Assembly (NCBI GenBank): GCA_963796455.1 | Contig: CAWCLO010000002.1 | Location: forward strand, 169,073-233,072 | Origin: Candidatus Sulfomarinibacteraceae bacterium | GTDB lineage: Bacteria > Acidobacteriota > Thermoanaerobaculia > Thermoanaerobaculales > Sulfomarinibacteraceae | Direction of reading: 5' to 3' | DNA: 64,000 nt | Shown: positions 1 through 9,956 of the stretch, piece by piece | Numbering within the stretch: the stretch's first letter is position 1 | Layout: every line of letters begins with the position of its first letter | Notes under the pieces: generated by a model | Databases searched by the model: none | What the model was told of the DNA's origin: nothing | Seen by the model: only the letters and a program-made list of their open reading frames with translations | Translations under genes and position numbers: made by a program

Positions 1-264
1 GCCGAGCCAGATCGTGTACTGCTGTCCCCTGGGAGAAACGGCCTCGACGTCGGTACACCGGCCGCTGATGTTCGTGGGGCCGAGGTAGCTCCATTTCATC
101 GCCTTGAACGGCGATTCGGATTTCATCTCCATGTGCCGCTGGTGCATTTCCAGCCGCGTCTCGCCGTCCGGAATCGGCTCTTTGACTCCGGAATCGGCGG
201 CTGAACTCCATGTCCCGAGGCATACCGCGTGAATGAAAAACAGAGCGGAAAACTTGGCCTTCAT
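1..264 (-). CDS. N-terminus of a secreted BNR/VPS10 (sortilin-like) beta-propeller glycosyl hydrolase-like protein; runs off the window edge
   Basis: Own translation MKAKFSALFFIHAVCLG...WSYLGPTNISGRCTDVEAV...YTIWLG; signal peptide, W-x-x-x-GP-x-x-x-x-GR motif, GGAGG RBS upstream. Confidence 0.7.
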   Translation of the reverse strand, partial: MKAKFSALFFIHAVCLGTWSSAADSGVKEPIPDGETRLEMHQRHMEMKSESPFKAMKWSYLGPTNISGRCTDVEAVSPRGQQYTIWLG

Positions 265-476
265 GTTGTTCCTCCAACCTCAACGCGGAGCTCCGCGAAC
301 CGGTCAATCGTCGCAGAGTTCGTTGGGGTCGGCAACAGCGGATGCCGCACCTCCCGTTGCAGCCGGCTTTTCGCGATTCATGATTCGAGCGTCAGTTGAA
401 TTGCTGTGCCCGCAGTCTGCGACCGTGTTTGCCGATATAGTCGTCATTGTTCGGTACCAAGGTGGAGAGGTGCAGC

Positions 477-1235
477 GTGATTGCTCACGAGATCCTGATC
501 GAAGCATGCGTGAACTCGGTCGAGTCGGCGATCGAGGCCGAGATCGGCGGTGCGCATCGGGTGGAGCTGTGTGACAACCTTTTTGATGGCGGCACGACCC
601 CGAGCATCGGTGCCATGGATGCCGCGCGTGACAGGCTCGAGATCGACCTCAGCGTGATGATTCGCCCCAGAGGGGGAGACTTTCTCTACTCGGATCTGGA
701 GCTGGAGATCATGAAGGCCGACGTGGTGGCGGCGCGTGCCGCGGGCGCCGACGGGGTCGTTTTCGGCATGCTGAGGACGGATGGTGCGGTCAATGTGGAA
801 CAGACGCGAGAACTCGTGGAACTCGCAGGGCCCATGAGCACGACCTTTCACCGCGCCTTTGACATGTGCGCCGATCCTGTGGTGGCGCTCGCCGAGCTGA
901 TCGCACTGGGCATCGACCGCGTGCTGACCTCGGGTCAGCGTCCGTCAGCTATGGAGGGTGCGGCGCGCCTCAAAGAGCTTGTCGACACCGCCCGCGGACG
1001 CATCGTCGTCATGCCTGGGGTGGGCATCGATGCGTCAAATATCGCCGACCTCATCCGGCGGACCGGTGCCGGCGAGTACCACGTCCTGGCCGAGCGTCGG
1101 GTCGTCAGCGGCATGGTCTTCCAGAACCCTTCGGTGTTCATGGGATCTGACCCGGAACAACCGGAGTTCGAACGCCCCGTTACCGACAGCGAGGCGATCC
1201 GGGCGACCGTCGAAGAGGCGTCACGAGCCCGATGA
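477..1235 (+). CDS. cutC: Copper homeostasis protein CutC
   Basis: IEACVNS...GAHRVELCDNL..GGTTPS, MIRPRGGDF, TFHRAFD, RVLTSG motifs; GTG start after GGAGAGG. Confidence 0.93.
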   Translation: MIAHEILIEACVNSVESAIEAEIGGAHRVELCDNLFDGGTTPSIGAMDAARDRLEIDLSVMIRPRGGDFLYSDLELEIMKADVVAARAAGADGVVFGMLRTDGAVNVEQTRELVELAGPMSTTFHRAFDMCADPVVALAELIALGIDRVLTSGQRPSAMEGAARLKELVDTARGRIVVMPGVGIDASNIADLIRRTGAGEYHVLAERRVVSGMVFQNPSVFMGSDPEQPEFERPVTDSEAIRATVEEASRAR

Positions 1236-2807
1236 CGGCACCAGCCTCGCGCTGAGGTCCGGGGTTTCCATGTCCGGGTCCAGCGGAAACATAGGTCGCA
1301 TGATGCGCCGGTAGTCCAGCCGCTCGAGATCCTGGTCGACGCCACCGGGCGTGAGAGCCATGATCCAGTCCGCCCTCATGTCGTAGAGCTCGGGAACCAG
1401 ATATCCGATCTTGACGATGACAATGTCCGCGCCTCTCGGATCCAGCCCCAGCCGGGTGAAATCCTCCTCGAGGTGATACGGCTTGCGCTTCTTGGTGACG
1501 ATCACCGACACACTTCCGGTCCGGATGACGACCTCGGTTTCGGCGTACCGATCGCCGTGTACGATGGACGTCACTTCACCTGAAAGAAGGATCGGGGGGG
1601 CAAAACGATCATCGACGGCGGCTCCCACGTGAGCCTCGACCGGCTGTCCGACACCGGCCGCGACGGCCGCCTCCACCAACTCCGGTCCTGGAATCGAAGC
1701 ATAGATCAGGGAGGGCCCGTCAGCCGTCCCGAACTCGTCTCGCTCCAGGATCTCCTGAAGCGTCCAGGTGACGTCGCCGGCTCCACCGGCGGTTGGGTTG
1801 TCTCCCATGTCGCTGATCAGGAAGGGCCGTTTCTCGCTCCGGATGGCCTTCGAGATGCACTCTTCGAAAGTCGCCACCGGGGCCACAAACTCGAATTCGG
1901 AGCGGAGCTCCCAGAAACTTTCTGCAAGTTCTTCTGCGGTGGACGTGACGACCTCCTCGTCGTCCCCTGTGACCATCACAACCGCGTGGTTCCGAGGCTC
2001 GTCGGCCCAGGCGTACCCGACCCAGATGGCGGCGTCGATCACGCCCGCCCGGGCGGCGGCGGGTGCGACCTGGGCATAGAGGCTCTTGCCTGGTTCGATG
2101 CGGGTGCTGGTCTTCTCTCCGGGCAGCAGGATCGGTACCGGGATCCACGCCTTGAAGGCCGGTTTGCCCCGGCCTCTTTCGATTCTCGACAGGAGGTTTT
2201 CCGCCGCCCGCTGCTTTGATTCGATGGCGTCCTCGTGGGGCGCCAGGCGGTAGCAGGTGATCAGATCGGTCTGCTCGGCCAGTCTCAACGAAACGTTGCC
2301 ATGCAGATCCATGCTCGTTGAAATGAGCACGTCAGTACCGATCACCTCGCGGATTCGGGTGATGAAATCTCCTTCGGGATCGTCGAGGCCGACCACACTC
2401 ATGGCACCGTGAATATCAAAGAACAGACCGTCGTAGGGGAGGTTCTGTTCGAGCCTCTCGAGGGTTTCCCCAACCAGGGACTCGTAGGCCTCCCGGGTCA
2501 CGATCCCACCGGGAAGCGCATGGCCCCGCAGGGTCGGAATCCACTCGGCCCGCCTTCGCATGGGCGAATCGGCGCTCAAGAATGGATAGTAGCCAAAGAC
2601 CTCGTCGCCCCGCCTGGCGTGGAAGGCCTCCGCATGAGTCTGCGCGGGAGAAAAGGTGCTCGATTCGATGGCCAACCCCGCGATGGCGATGCGTGGCAGC
2701 GTCGCGGTTCCTGCGCCTTGATCGACCCCAGCATCGCCGGGCCCGGAGCACGCGGTCGCCACGATCCCGAGCACTCCCAGTTGAAGGGCAACGAAGACAT
2801 TTTTCAT
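1221..2807 (-). CDS. M81 family metallopeptidase (MlrC-like), probable lipoprotein
   Basis: IAIAGLAIESSTFSP, DIHGAM, SMDLHGN, YRLAPHED, SDMGDNPTAGG; lipobox-like VATAC. Confidence 0.88.
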   Translation of the reverse strand: MKNVFVALQLGVLGIVATACSGPGDAGVDQGAGTATLPRIAIAGLAIESSTFSPAQTHAEAFHARRGDEVFGYYPFLSADSPMRRRAEWIPTLRGHALPGGIVTREAYESLVGETLERLEQNLPYDGLFFDIHGAMSVVGLDDPEGDFITRIREVIGTDVLISTSMDLHGNVSLRLAEQTDLITCYRLAPHEDAIESKQRAAENLLSRIERGRGKPAFKAWIPVPILLPGEKTSTRIEPGKSLYAQVAPAAARAGVIDAAIWVGYAWADEPRNHAVVMVTGDDEEVVTSTAEELAESFWELRSEFEFVAPVATFEECISKAIRSEKRPFLISDMGDNPTAGGAGDVTWTLQEILERDEFGTADGPSLIYASIPGPELVEAAVAAGVGQPVEAHVGAAVDDRFAPPILLSGEVTSIVHGDRYAETEVVIRTGSVSVIVTKKRKPYHLEEDFTRLGLDPRGADIVIVKIGYLVPELYDMRADWIMALTPGGVDQDLERLDYRRIMRPMFPLDPDMETPDLSARLVPSSGS

Positions 2808-2856
2808 GTTGGTTCTCCCGACGTGGCCATCAGCGTAGAGCTGCAGCTGCGAGACC

Positions 2857-4122
2857 TCAAGCGGCCACAGCGGTCTCGGCCTGTTCCGGTTCGACGATCT
2901 CGTCTTCGATGGACTTGATCGACGGCACCAGAAAACCTCCGACGCCCATCGCCAGACAGGCGAAACCAGCCGCTGCGTACAGGGCTCGAATGCCGACCAT
3001 CTCCGCCACAGGAGCGGCGATCATGAGCCCGAGGGGCGCCATCGCGCCGCAGGCGCTCATGTAGAGGGTGAACACGCGCCCCTGGATTTCCGGAGCCACG
3101 GTCGCCTGAAGCACAGCCTGAATTGGTCCGTTGACGCATGGGATGGTCACACCGAGAATGACGATACCGGCGAGCGCGGCACCGGCAGAAGACGCCGCGC
3201 CGAGGATCAGGGTGCCGATTCCGGCCACCAACAGACCGACGAAGGTCGTGTGGATCCGTCGCTGAAAACCGCCCCAGACCCCAAGCAGGATTCCGCCGGC
3301 GATGGTTCCGATACCGAATGCCGAGTTCAACCAGCCCAGCCGAACCGCCCCACCGCCCTGTTCAAGCACCAGCAGCGGCAGCAGCGCGAAGGCGGGAACC
3401 ATGCACAGATTCACCAGCATGGCCATCATGACGAGCGGCGTATGACCACGGCGAGCGCGGAGATAGCGGACACCGGAGCGCAGGTCGCCAACGACGGATC
3501 GAAGCCCCGGGGAATCGTGATCGCTCGGACGGCGCTCCGGCTGCGGGATGGTGATGAACGCCAACGGTGCGAGTGCGACGAGAGCGGTGGCGACATCGAC
3601 CATCATCACCGCTGCCATTGGCAGGGTGGCAACCAGCAGTGCGCCGATCGGGGCGGTGATGATCAGCGCTCCGCCCTGGACCGCCTGTTGGAGCCCCTGC
3701 ACCCGGGTCAGGTGGCGCTCGGGCACCATGAGCGTGGTGGAAGCCAGCATGGCCGGCGCGTGGAAGGCCCCTCCGAGGGCGCGGACAAAAAGCACCACCA
3801 TCGCCAGACTGTAGGGGACCGGTCCGACCCAAAAAGACAGCGCCAGGAGAGCCGACGCGATGGCGACGAGGGAGTCGGCGAGCCACAGGATGCGCTTGCG
3901 ATTCCAGCGATCCACCAACACGCCGATGAACGGACCGAGCACGATTTGAGGCAGGAGACCGACAGCCGTCGCGGCTGCCAGCACCGCGGCCGATCCGGTG
4001 GATACCGTCAACCACCAGATGAGCGCGAATTGAACCGCCTGGCTGCCGAGCAGCGAGAGGGACTGGCCGGCGATCAGCACGAGAAAGGGTCGCATCGGTC
4101 GATTTTCGGTTTTGGGATTCAT
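2857..4122 (-). CDS. MFS transporter, macrolide-efflux (Mef/DHA3)-like
   Basis: GQSLSLLGSQAVQFALIWWL, GVLVDRWNRKRIL, QGRVF; about 12 TM segments. Confidence 0.85.
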   Translation of the reverse strand: MNPKTENRPMRPFLVLIAGQSLSLLGSQAVQFALIWWLTVSTGSAAVLAAATAVGLLPQIVLGPFIGVLVDRWNRKRILWLADSLVAIASALLALSFWVGPVPYSLAMVVLFVRALGGAFHAPAMLASTTLMVPERHLTRVQGLQQAVQGGALIITAPIGALLVATLPMAAVMMVDVATALVALAPLAFITIPQPERRPSDHDSPGLRSVVGDLRSGVRYLRARRGHTPLVMMAMLVNLCMVPAFALLPLLVLEQGGGAVRLGWLNSAFGIGTIAGGILLGVWGGFQRRIHTTFVGLLVAGIGTLILGAASSAGAALAGIVILGVTIPCVNGPIQAVLQATVAPEIQGRVFTLYMSACGAMAPLGLMIAAPVAEMVGIRALYAAAGFACLAMGVGGFLVPSIKSIEDEIVEPEQAETAVAA

Positions 4123-4167
4123 GGGCCACCTCCAGTTCTGATTTTTAGAATATAGGGCATACATTGA

Positions 4168-4192
4168 TTATTAGCAAATATTTGAATAATAA
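4168..4192. promoter_or_regulatory. AT-rich imperfect palindrome, probable operator of the divergent HTH regulator
   Basis: TTATTAG-CAAATATTTG-AATAATAA between divergent MFS and regulator genes. Confidence 0.5.
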
Positions 4193-4237
4193 ATTTTATG
4201 CTAGGATTCAATCGAGAACTCGGAAAGGATCGAACAA

Positions 4238-4885
4238 GTGGATGATCAGACCGCCGGCAAGCTAGAAATCGACCGGTCCTGGGAGCCGGAGGATATGTAC
4301 ACGATGACCAGCCTGGAGCAGGTCAAGGTCGTCGCTGATCCTCTGCGCGTCAGCATCCTGGAGGCGCTCTGTCTGGAAGCCAAGACCACGAAACAGGTCG
4401 CCGAGCTCCTGGGGGAGAAACCGACCCGGCTGTACCACCACGTGGATGCGCTGTCGGAAGCGGGGCTGATTCGCCTGGTGGATACCCGTCAGGTTCGGGG
4501 AACGGTGGAGAAGTACTTCCGGGCGGTGGGCAGGGCGTTCCGGGCCGATCCCGGGATCTTCCGCCAGGCCGACGCGGGCGACGAGCAGAATCAGGCTCTG
4601 GCGGACGTGGCCGCGACCATGCTCGAGAGAACGGCCGGGGAGGTGCGAAACCTGATCCTCTCCGGGCACGACATCACCTCGGGAGAGGACGGCATTCTGA
4701 GCTACGTCGAGGTGCGGGCGTCCGAATCAGAGATCCACGAGATCAACCAGCGGCTCATGGATTTCCTGAAGGACCTCGAGGAGAACTGCTGCAAAGGGGA
4801 GCCGTCTGAGGGTGATCGGCGCTATCGGCTCAACCTCGCCTGGTTTCCACTCGATCGCACGAACAGGGATTCAGACGAGTCGTAG
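4238..4885 (+). CDS. ArsR-like winged helix-turn-helix transcriptional regulator
   Basis: ADPLRVSILEAL...TTKQVAELLGEKPTRLYHHVDALSEAGLI...RGTVEKYF. Confidence 0.85.
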   Translation: MDDQTAGKLEIDRSWEPEDMYTMTSLEQVKVVADPLRVSILEALCLEAKTTKQVAELLGEKPTRLYHHVDALSEAGLIRLVDTRQVRGTVEKYFRAVGRAFRADPGIFRQADAGDEQNQALADVAATMLERTAGEVRNLILSGHDITSGEDGILSYVEVRASESEIHEINQRLMDFLKDLEENCCKGEPSEGDRRYRLNLAWFPLDRTNRDSDES

Positions 4886-4931
4886 AGGCCGGGCCCCGGG
4901 GAATCAAGCTCATCGACCGAGGACGGACCGT

Positions 4932-5834
4932 TCACTCGAGGCTGAGCAGGTACTCCGCAATGGCGCGCAGCTCTTCTTCGGGCAGTTCGGCGAGATTCAT
5001 CTGAATGTCGGCCATGCCGCCGCTCGAGAGCTTGTCGTAACCGAAGGTCTCCCCGAACTGCAGCGCCAGGACGAGATCCGAAGCGTCCGAGTATCGACCG
5101 CGGCCTTCCATGTCGAGGAGGCCCGGTACCGTTCCTTCGCCGCGCGGGTGGGCTCCACCGGCCATCGCCCGGCTCCGGTCGGGGATCATCAGCGCGTTGC
5201 GGGGGGTGTGGCACTCCCCGCAGTGGCCGGGTCCGTTCACCAGGTAGGCGCCACGGTTCCACGTCTCGGTGCTCTCCGGGTCCGGACGGAACTCCTCTGC
5301 ACCCGAGGCGAGCCGCTTCCACAATCCGACCCCTCGCCGAGCCAGGCCTGGCATTGGAATATCAGGGGTGCGCGTCGGCGAACGAACCGGTTCGAGCTGC
5401 TGCAGGTAGGCCCAGAGGTCGAGCACATCCTCCACCGGCATGATGCGGTACGAGGTGTAGGGGAATGCCGGGAAATAGTGCTGGCCGTCGGGCGAGACCC
5501 CACGGGTCATGGCATCGACGAACTGCGCCGCCGTCCAGTTCCCGAGCCCGGTCTCGGGGTCGGGGGTGAGGTTGCCGGGCCAGAAGGTGCCCACCGGTGT
5601 ATCGAAAGGGGCATCGCCGATCGGTGGACCCGTGACGCCCGCGGCGGTCGCCGCCTTATGACACGAGATGCACCCGCCAACGCGATACAGCACCTCGCCT
5701 CGGGACGGGTCCGGGTCGTGGGGCGGTAGCATTCGATCGCTTGGACGAGCGACCGTCAGGACGACGAACAACATGACCGTCAACGCCGCGGCGACGGCCA
5801 GCGCCGCCACCAGAGGTTTTGCTCGAACGAACAC
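4932..5834 (-). CDS. Diheme cytochrome c, membrane-anchored
   Basis: Two CxxCH motifs (CISCH, CGECH); NLTPDPETGLGNW, YFPAFPYTSY, RGAYLV. Confidence 0.88.
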   Translation of the reverse strand: MFVRAKPLVAALAVAAALTVMLFVVLTVARPSDRMLPPHDPDPSRGEVLYRVGGCISCHKAATAAGVTGPPIGDAPFDTPVGTFWPGNLTPDPETGLGNWTAAQFVDAMTRGVSPDGQHYFPAFPYTSYRIMPVEDVLDLWAYLQQLEPVRSPTRTPDIPMPGLARRGVGLWKRLASGAEEFRPDPESTETWNRGAYLVNGPGHCGECHTPRNALMIPDRSRAMAGGAHPRGEGTVPGLLDMEGRGRYSDASDLVLALQFGETFGYDKLSSGGMADIQMNLAELPEEELRAIAEYLLSLE

Positions 5835-5836
5835 CC

Positions 5837-6292
5837 TCAGTCTTTTGGCAGACGATACAGGTTGTGGCAGCTCTTGCAGCCGGAGCCGAGCTTGCCGAGC
5901 GCGGGCCCGAATGCTGCGGCCTCCGTCACCGATTGCAGATCCACCGCCGCCTGGTGGGTGCTCTTCATGAGCTGGTCGAACTGGGCGCGATCGCTCCAGA
6001 TCTTCGGCTTGGCCCAGGTCGGGACCTCGCCTTCACCGCTGCCCTCGGGGAAAAGCTTTTCGGCCTTCTCGATGTGGCCGGCCATTTTCAACGCGTTGGT
6101 CCGGACCACCTCGGCGTCGAATGGCTGTTCCTTTTTGGCGATGGCGGCAAAGGTCATCATTGCCTCGCGAACGCCCTCCATCTCTTTCTGGCGCTCTTTG
6201 ATGGTCTCGGTGGCTGTCATCGCGCCGGCCGAAATCGTGATCACGATCGCCACCGCGACCGCACCCGCTATCTGGAGTTTCGTTGTTTTCAT
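5837..6292 (-). CDS. Cytochrome c' / c556 (class II)
   Basis: Signal peptide, AKPKIWSD, C-terminal CKSCH. Confidence 0.9.
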   Translation of the reverse strand: MKTTKLQIAGAVAVAIVITISAGAMTATETIKERQKEMEGVREAMMTFAAIAKKEQPFDAEVVRTNALKMAGHIEKAEKLFPEGSGEGEVPTWAKPKIWSDRAQFDQLMKSTHQAAVDLQSVTEAAAFGPALGKLGSGCKSCHNLYRLPKD

Positions 6293-6413
6293 GGTTTCGT
6301 TCCTCCTCGGTCATAGAACCGCATTGATGGCGTCCGCATTTCCACGAGCTGGTTGGGCTTGATTCAAGATCGATTCATTTTTCCAGTTCTCTCGTGCCGA
6401 GACGGCAAGGAGC

Positions 6414-7184
6414 TCAGAACTTCCCGTTGTCGTTCCGCCACTGGTCGCGGGGCGGAATGGCCTCGATGGTGTCCCAATGCTCGGCGATCTTGCCGTCGGC
6501 GACCCGGAACAGATCATAGAATGAGCTGTGCTGGCCGGCGAGGCTGCCTTCGCTCACCACCAGTACGAAGTTGCCCTCACCGAGCACCCGGTGAACACGA
6601 TCGAACTTCATGACGATTCCTTGTTTGGACCACTCCTCCAGAGCCGCGCGGAGGCCGGAAAGACCATCGCCGAATTGCGGATTGTGCTGCGTGTAGCTGT
6701 CGCCATCGAAGTACCCGGCCAGCTTCTCCATCCGACCATTGACGAGAATGTCGTTGACAAACGTGCGGACGAGCTCCTTGTTGTCTTCGGTCTTGTCGAG
6801 GTCCGATGGTGTGGTGGGGCCGTCGGTCATGGTGTGCCCGCTCGGGTTCGGACCATCGGGTTTTTGCTGGATGTTGTCCCAGTGCTCGACCGTCAGGTCG
6901 TCCTCGAATCGAAAGACCTCGAAGCCGATCTTCGAGGTCGAAAAATCGTACTCGGTGTGGGCGAAAACATAGTCACCATCCTCAAACACCCGCACGACCT
7001 TGACGCGAGGTGATGTCTTGGAAAGCCGCTTGAAAAGCGCCGCCAGACCTTCGCCCCCCTCGTGGGTTCCGGGGTTGTGCTGGATGTATTTATCGGGATT
7101 GACGACCGCCACAGCCGCCGGGTCTCCCGTCTCGATGCCTTTCAGTAGGTCCTGAATCTGTTGTTTTCGATTTGCTGTGGTCAT
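6414..7184 (-). CDS. Tandem SnoaL/NTF2-like domain protein
   Basis: Two repeats of Y(I/T)QHNP...G..G and EHWD. Confidence 0.85.
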   Translation of the reverse strand: MTTANRKQQIQDLLKGIETGDPAAVAVVNPDKYIQHNPGTHEGGEGLAALFKRLSKTSPRVKVVRVFEDGDYVFAHTEYDFSTSKIGFEVFRFEDDLTVEHWDNIQQKPDGPNPSGHTMTDGPTTPSDLDKTEDNKELVRTFVNDILVNGRMEKLAGYFDGDSYTQHNPQFGDGLSGLRAALEEWSKQGIVMKFDRVHRVLGEGNFVLVVSEGSLAGQHSSFYDLFRVADGKIAEHWDTIEAIPPRDQWRNDNGKF

Positions 7185-7268
7185 GAAGACTCTCCTTGAG
7201 TTGGTGTGGACGGGTTTGGTGTTTCTCCGTCGACTTCAGCTATAATGTGGCGTATGGGCACTTTTAAT

Positions 7269-7310
7269 AAGTATGCACGAATTTATGCATTAGTCACCTT
7301 TTAGTAACTA
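7269..7310. promoter_or_regulatory. Probable HxlR-type operator region
   Basis: AAGTATGCAC box and inverted repeat TAGTcAC-N-GTaACTA (7291-7310) between divergent genes. Confidence 0.45.
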
Positions 7311-7322
7311 TGGAGAGATCAC

Positions 7323-7658
7323 ATGAAGGACCCGGAGATTCGCTGCCCGGTCAGCCGCACCCTCAAGATCATCGGCGGCAAGTGGAAACCGCTGATCATC
7401 TACCACCTTGACTGGGGCGAACGGCGTAACGGTCAATTGCGGCGCGCGATCCCCGCGATCACTCAGAAAATGCTCACCCAGCAACTGCGCGAGCTCGAAC
7501 AGGATGGGCTCGTGGAACGGGAGATCTTCCCGGTGGTGCCGCCGCGGGTGGACTACAGGCTCACCGATTTGGGGAAGAGCGTGCTCCCGGTGCTCGAGGC
7601 CATGGCGGCCTGGGGAGTGGCTAACGAAGACGTCTTCCCGGCGGTCGTTGACCTCTAG
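7323..7658 (+). CDS. HxlR family transcriptional regulator
   Basis: CPVSRTLKIIGGKWKPLII...ITQKMLTQQLRELEQDGLV...PPRVDYRLT. Confidence 0.92.
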   Translation: MKDPEIRCPVSRTLKIIGGKWKPLIIYHLDWGERRNGQLRRAIPAITQKMLTQQLRELEQDGLVEREIFPVVPPRVDYRLTDLGKSVLPVLEAMAAWGVANEDVFPAVVDL

Positions 7659-7986
7659 CTGAGAACGCAGTTCTCGACCAGCGACACACCAGCATCTGAC
7701 GAGTCGAGGCGACCGGACCGCACGGATCCGGGGCCGCAGACGGCTCACGTCCTGTTCTCCGAGAACTCGGAATCCCGCGAGCTGAGGCAGACGCATCTGA
7801 ATGCCCAGCACCTGCCGGAATCCATGGCTGCAACGGATGGCGGGGTTGAGGACTTCACGGTTGGCAAGACGACGAAAACCGTGGAGTCTCAACGTCAATC
7901 CGATCGATCAGAATCGGGGCAATCCTCGAGCAGCCGAGTGCTATAGTGAGTCCGCAAACCGTCCAAAAATTTGAAGGAGGTGAACG

Positions 7987-9486
7987 ATGAAACAGGTGTT
8001 GGAGTCGTTCGTGGACCAGGCCCTCGCGCGAGGCCCTGAGCTTCTGGCCGCAGTCGCGATCCTGGTGATCGGCTGGCTGGTGGCGTTGGCCGTGTCGTTG
8101 CTGGTGCGGGTGCTCCTGAAGAGAACGGAGATGGACGATCGGCTGGCCGCCTGGCTTGTCGGCGAGGAACGCGCCGACGCGATCGAGATCGAGAAGTGGA
8201 TCTCGCGCGGCGTGTTCGCCCTTCTCATGCTCTTCGTGCTCGTCGCCTTTTTTGAGGTTCTAGGGCTGCGAATGATCACGGAGCCTTTGAACCGATTCCT
8301 GATCGAAGTATTTGAATACATACCCAACCTCATTGGACCGGCAATCCTGGTTGTCGTCGCGTTTTTGGCCTCCAACGGACTCCGGTTCGTGGTTCGGCGG
8401 TTGGTGTCGGCCTCAAAGCTGGATGAGAGGCTCGCGGCTCAGGCAGGCCTCGAGGAGGGTGAGGCGCCGCCGTTGTCCAAGACCATGGCCGACGCCGTGT
8501 ACTGGGTCGTCTTTCTGCTCTTCCTGCCGGCGATCCTCGGCGCACTCAAGCTCGAAGGCCTTCTCGGACCGGTCCAGGGGATGGTCGACAAGACGCTGGC
8601 ATTCCTGCCCAATCTCCTGGCGGCAGGAGTCATCCTGGGCGTAGGTTGGCTTTTGGCTCGGATCGTCCAACGCATCGTCGGCAACCTGCTCGCGGCTGTT
8701 GGTATGGACCGCCTTTCGGAACAGGTGGGGCTGTCAAACGCTCTCGGTGAGCAGAAGTTATCTGGTTTGATCGGTCTCGTGCTCTACGTTGTCATCCTGG
8801 TTCCGGTTCTGATCGCGTCCCTCAATGCCCTCGCTCTCGAGGCGATCACGCGCCCGGCGAGCGAGATGCTCAACACATTCCTGTCTGCGCTGCCTCTGAT
8901 CTTCGCCGCTGCATTGGTCGTGGTCATTGCCTACTTCGTGGGACGGGTTGTGTCCGGCCTCGTTACCGGACTTCTCTCCGGTGTCGGCTTCAACAAGGTC
9001 CTGGTCAAGCTCGGCATCGGACCGGAACCCGACGAGGGAGAGCGCACCCCGTCCGAGATCGTCGGATACCTGGTCCTTGTGGCGATCATGCTCTTCGCCG
9101 CTGTCGAGGCGGTCGGTCTGCTGGGCTTCGACGTCCTCGCCACATTGGTGACGCAGTTCATGGTCTTCGCGGCCCATGTCTTGCTGGGCCTGATCATCTT
9201 CGTGATCGGATTGTTCCTCGCCAATCTGGCCAGTAAGACCGTCCTGGCGACTGGAGCCAGCCAGGCATCGCTGCTGGCTGTGGCGGCGCGGGTGTCGATC
9301 CTCGTGCTTGCCGGTGCGATGGCCCTTCGGGAGATGGGGCTGGCCAACGAGATCATAACTATCGCATTCGGGCTCGTGCTCGGTGCCTTTGCCGTCGCCA
9401 CCGCCGTCGCGTTCGGGATCGGTGGGCGCGACATTGCCGCGGAAACCCTGCAACGATGGAGGAATGAACTGCGATCTAAAGCCTGA
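7987..9486 (+). CDS. TM-helix-repeat mechanosensitive-channel-associated protein (CmpX-like)
   Basis: Repeated P-N-L-x-x-A-x-x-I-L-x-x-G-W units; C-terminal AVAFGIGGRDIA. Confidence 0.8.
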   Translation: MKQVLESFVDQALARGPELLAAVAILVIGWLVALAVSLLVRVLLKRTEMDDRLAAWLVGEERADAIEIEKWISRGVFALLMLFVLVAFFEVLGLRMITEPLNRFLIEVFEYIPNLIGPAILVVVAFLASNGLRFVVRRLVSASKLDERLAAQAGLEEGEAPPLSKTMADAVYWVVFLLFLPAILGALKLEGLLGPVQGMVDKTLAFLPNLLAAGVILGVGWLLARIVQRIVGNLLAAVGMDRLSEQVGLSNALGEQKLSGLIGLVLYVVILVPVLIASLNALALEAITRPASEMLNTFLSALPLIFAAALVVVIAYFVGRVVSGLVTGLLSGVGFNKVLVKLGIGPEPDEGERTPSEIVGYLVLVAIMLFAAVEAVGLLGFDVLATLVTQFMVFAAHVLLGLIIFVIGLFLANLASKTVLATGASQASLLAVAARVSILVLAGAMALREMGLANEIITIAFGLVLGAFAVATAVAFGIGGRDIAAETLQRWRNELRSKA

Positions 9487-9786
9487 CGGCACGAATATCT
9501 CCTCGACCTCACACCCGACGCAATTCAGGTGCGGTTGCATTGAGCTTTTGGTGAGTTGATCGCCGATGCAGGTGGAACTCTTCCACGCTGCAGCAGCGTC
9601 TGATGGCCAGCGGTTTGCCGGAACTGCGATTCGATCGGCCATGCGCTGTTGGCGGAGGGTGGCTGAAGGTGGGGTTGGAGGGTGGGAGCAACACGTCGCG
9701 AGGCCACCGTCGGCGCGAGGAGGAGGGCGCATCTGAGGGCGGGGAAGACGGGGTCGCCTCCTCGCCGTGGCAGCGCGCGGACGGAC

Positions 9787-9823
9787 AAAAAATCTCCCTC
9801 CTGGGCCGTATGCCGCAGGAGGG
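9787..9823 (-). terminator. Intrinsic terminator downstream of the ATP-grasp operon
   Basis: Stem CCCTCCTG...CAGGAGGG followed on the minus strand by AGATTTTTT. Confidence 0.55.
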
Positions 9824-9956
9824 TTACAGCTCAAACCTGGCGTTTACCAGGTGACGGTCGCCCGGGTTTTGCAGCGGCGGATCGTCGCCCTCGACCGCGA
9901 TCGGATCGCGGCGACGACGGCACAGCCGAATCCCGGCGGGTCCGGATCGTGGATGG

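Noticed and set aside
1221..2807. Microcystin degradation cluster
   Set aside because: Only an MlrC-family peptidase; no mlrA, mlrB or mlrD nearby, and the family is widespread.
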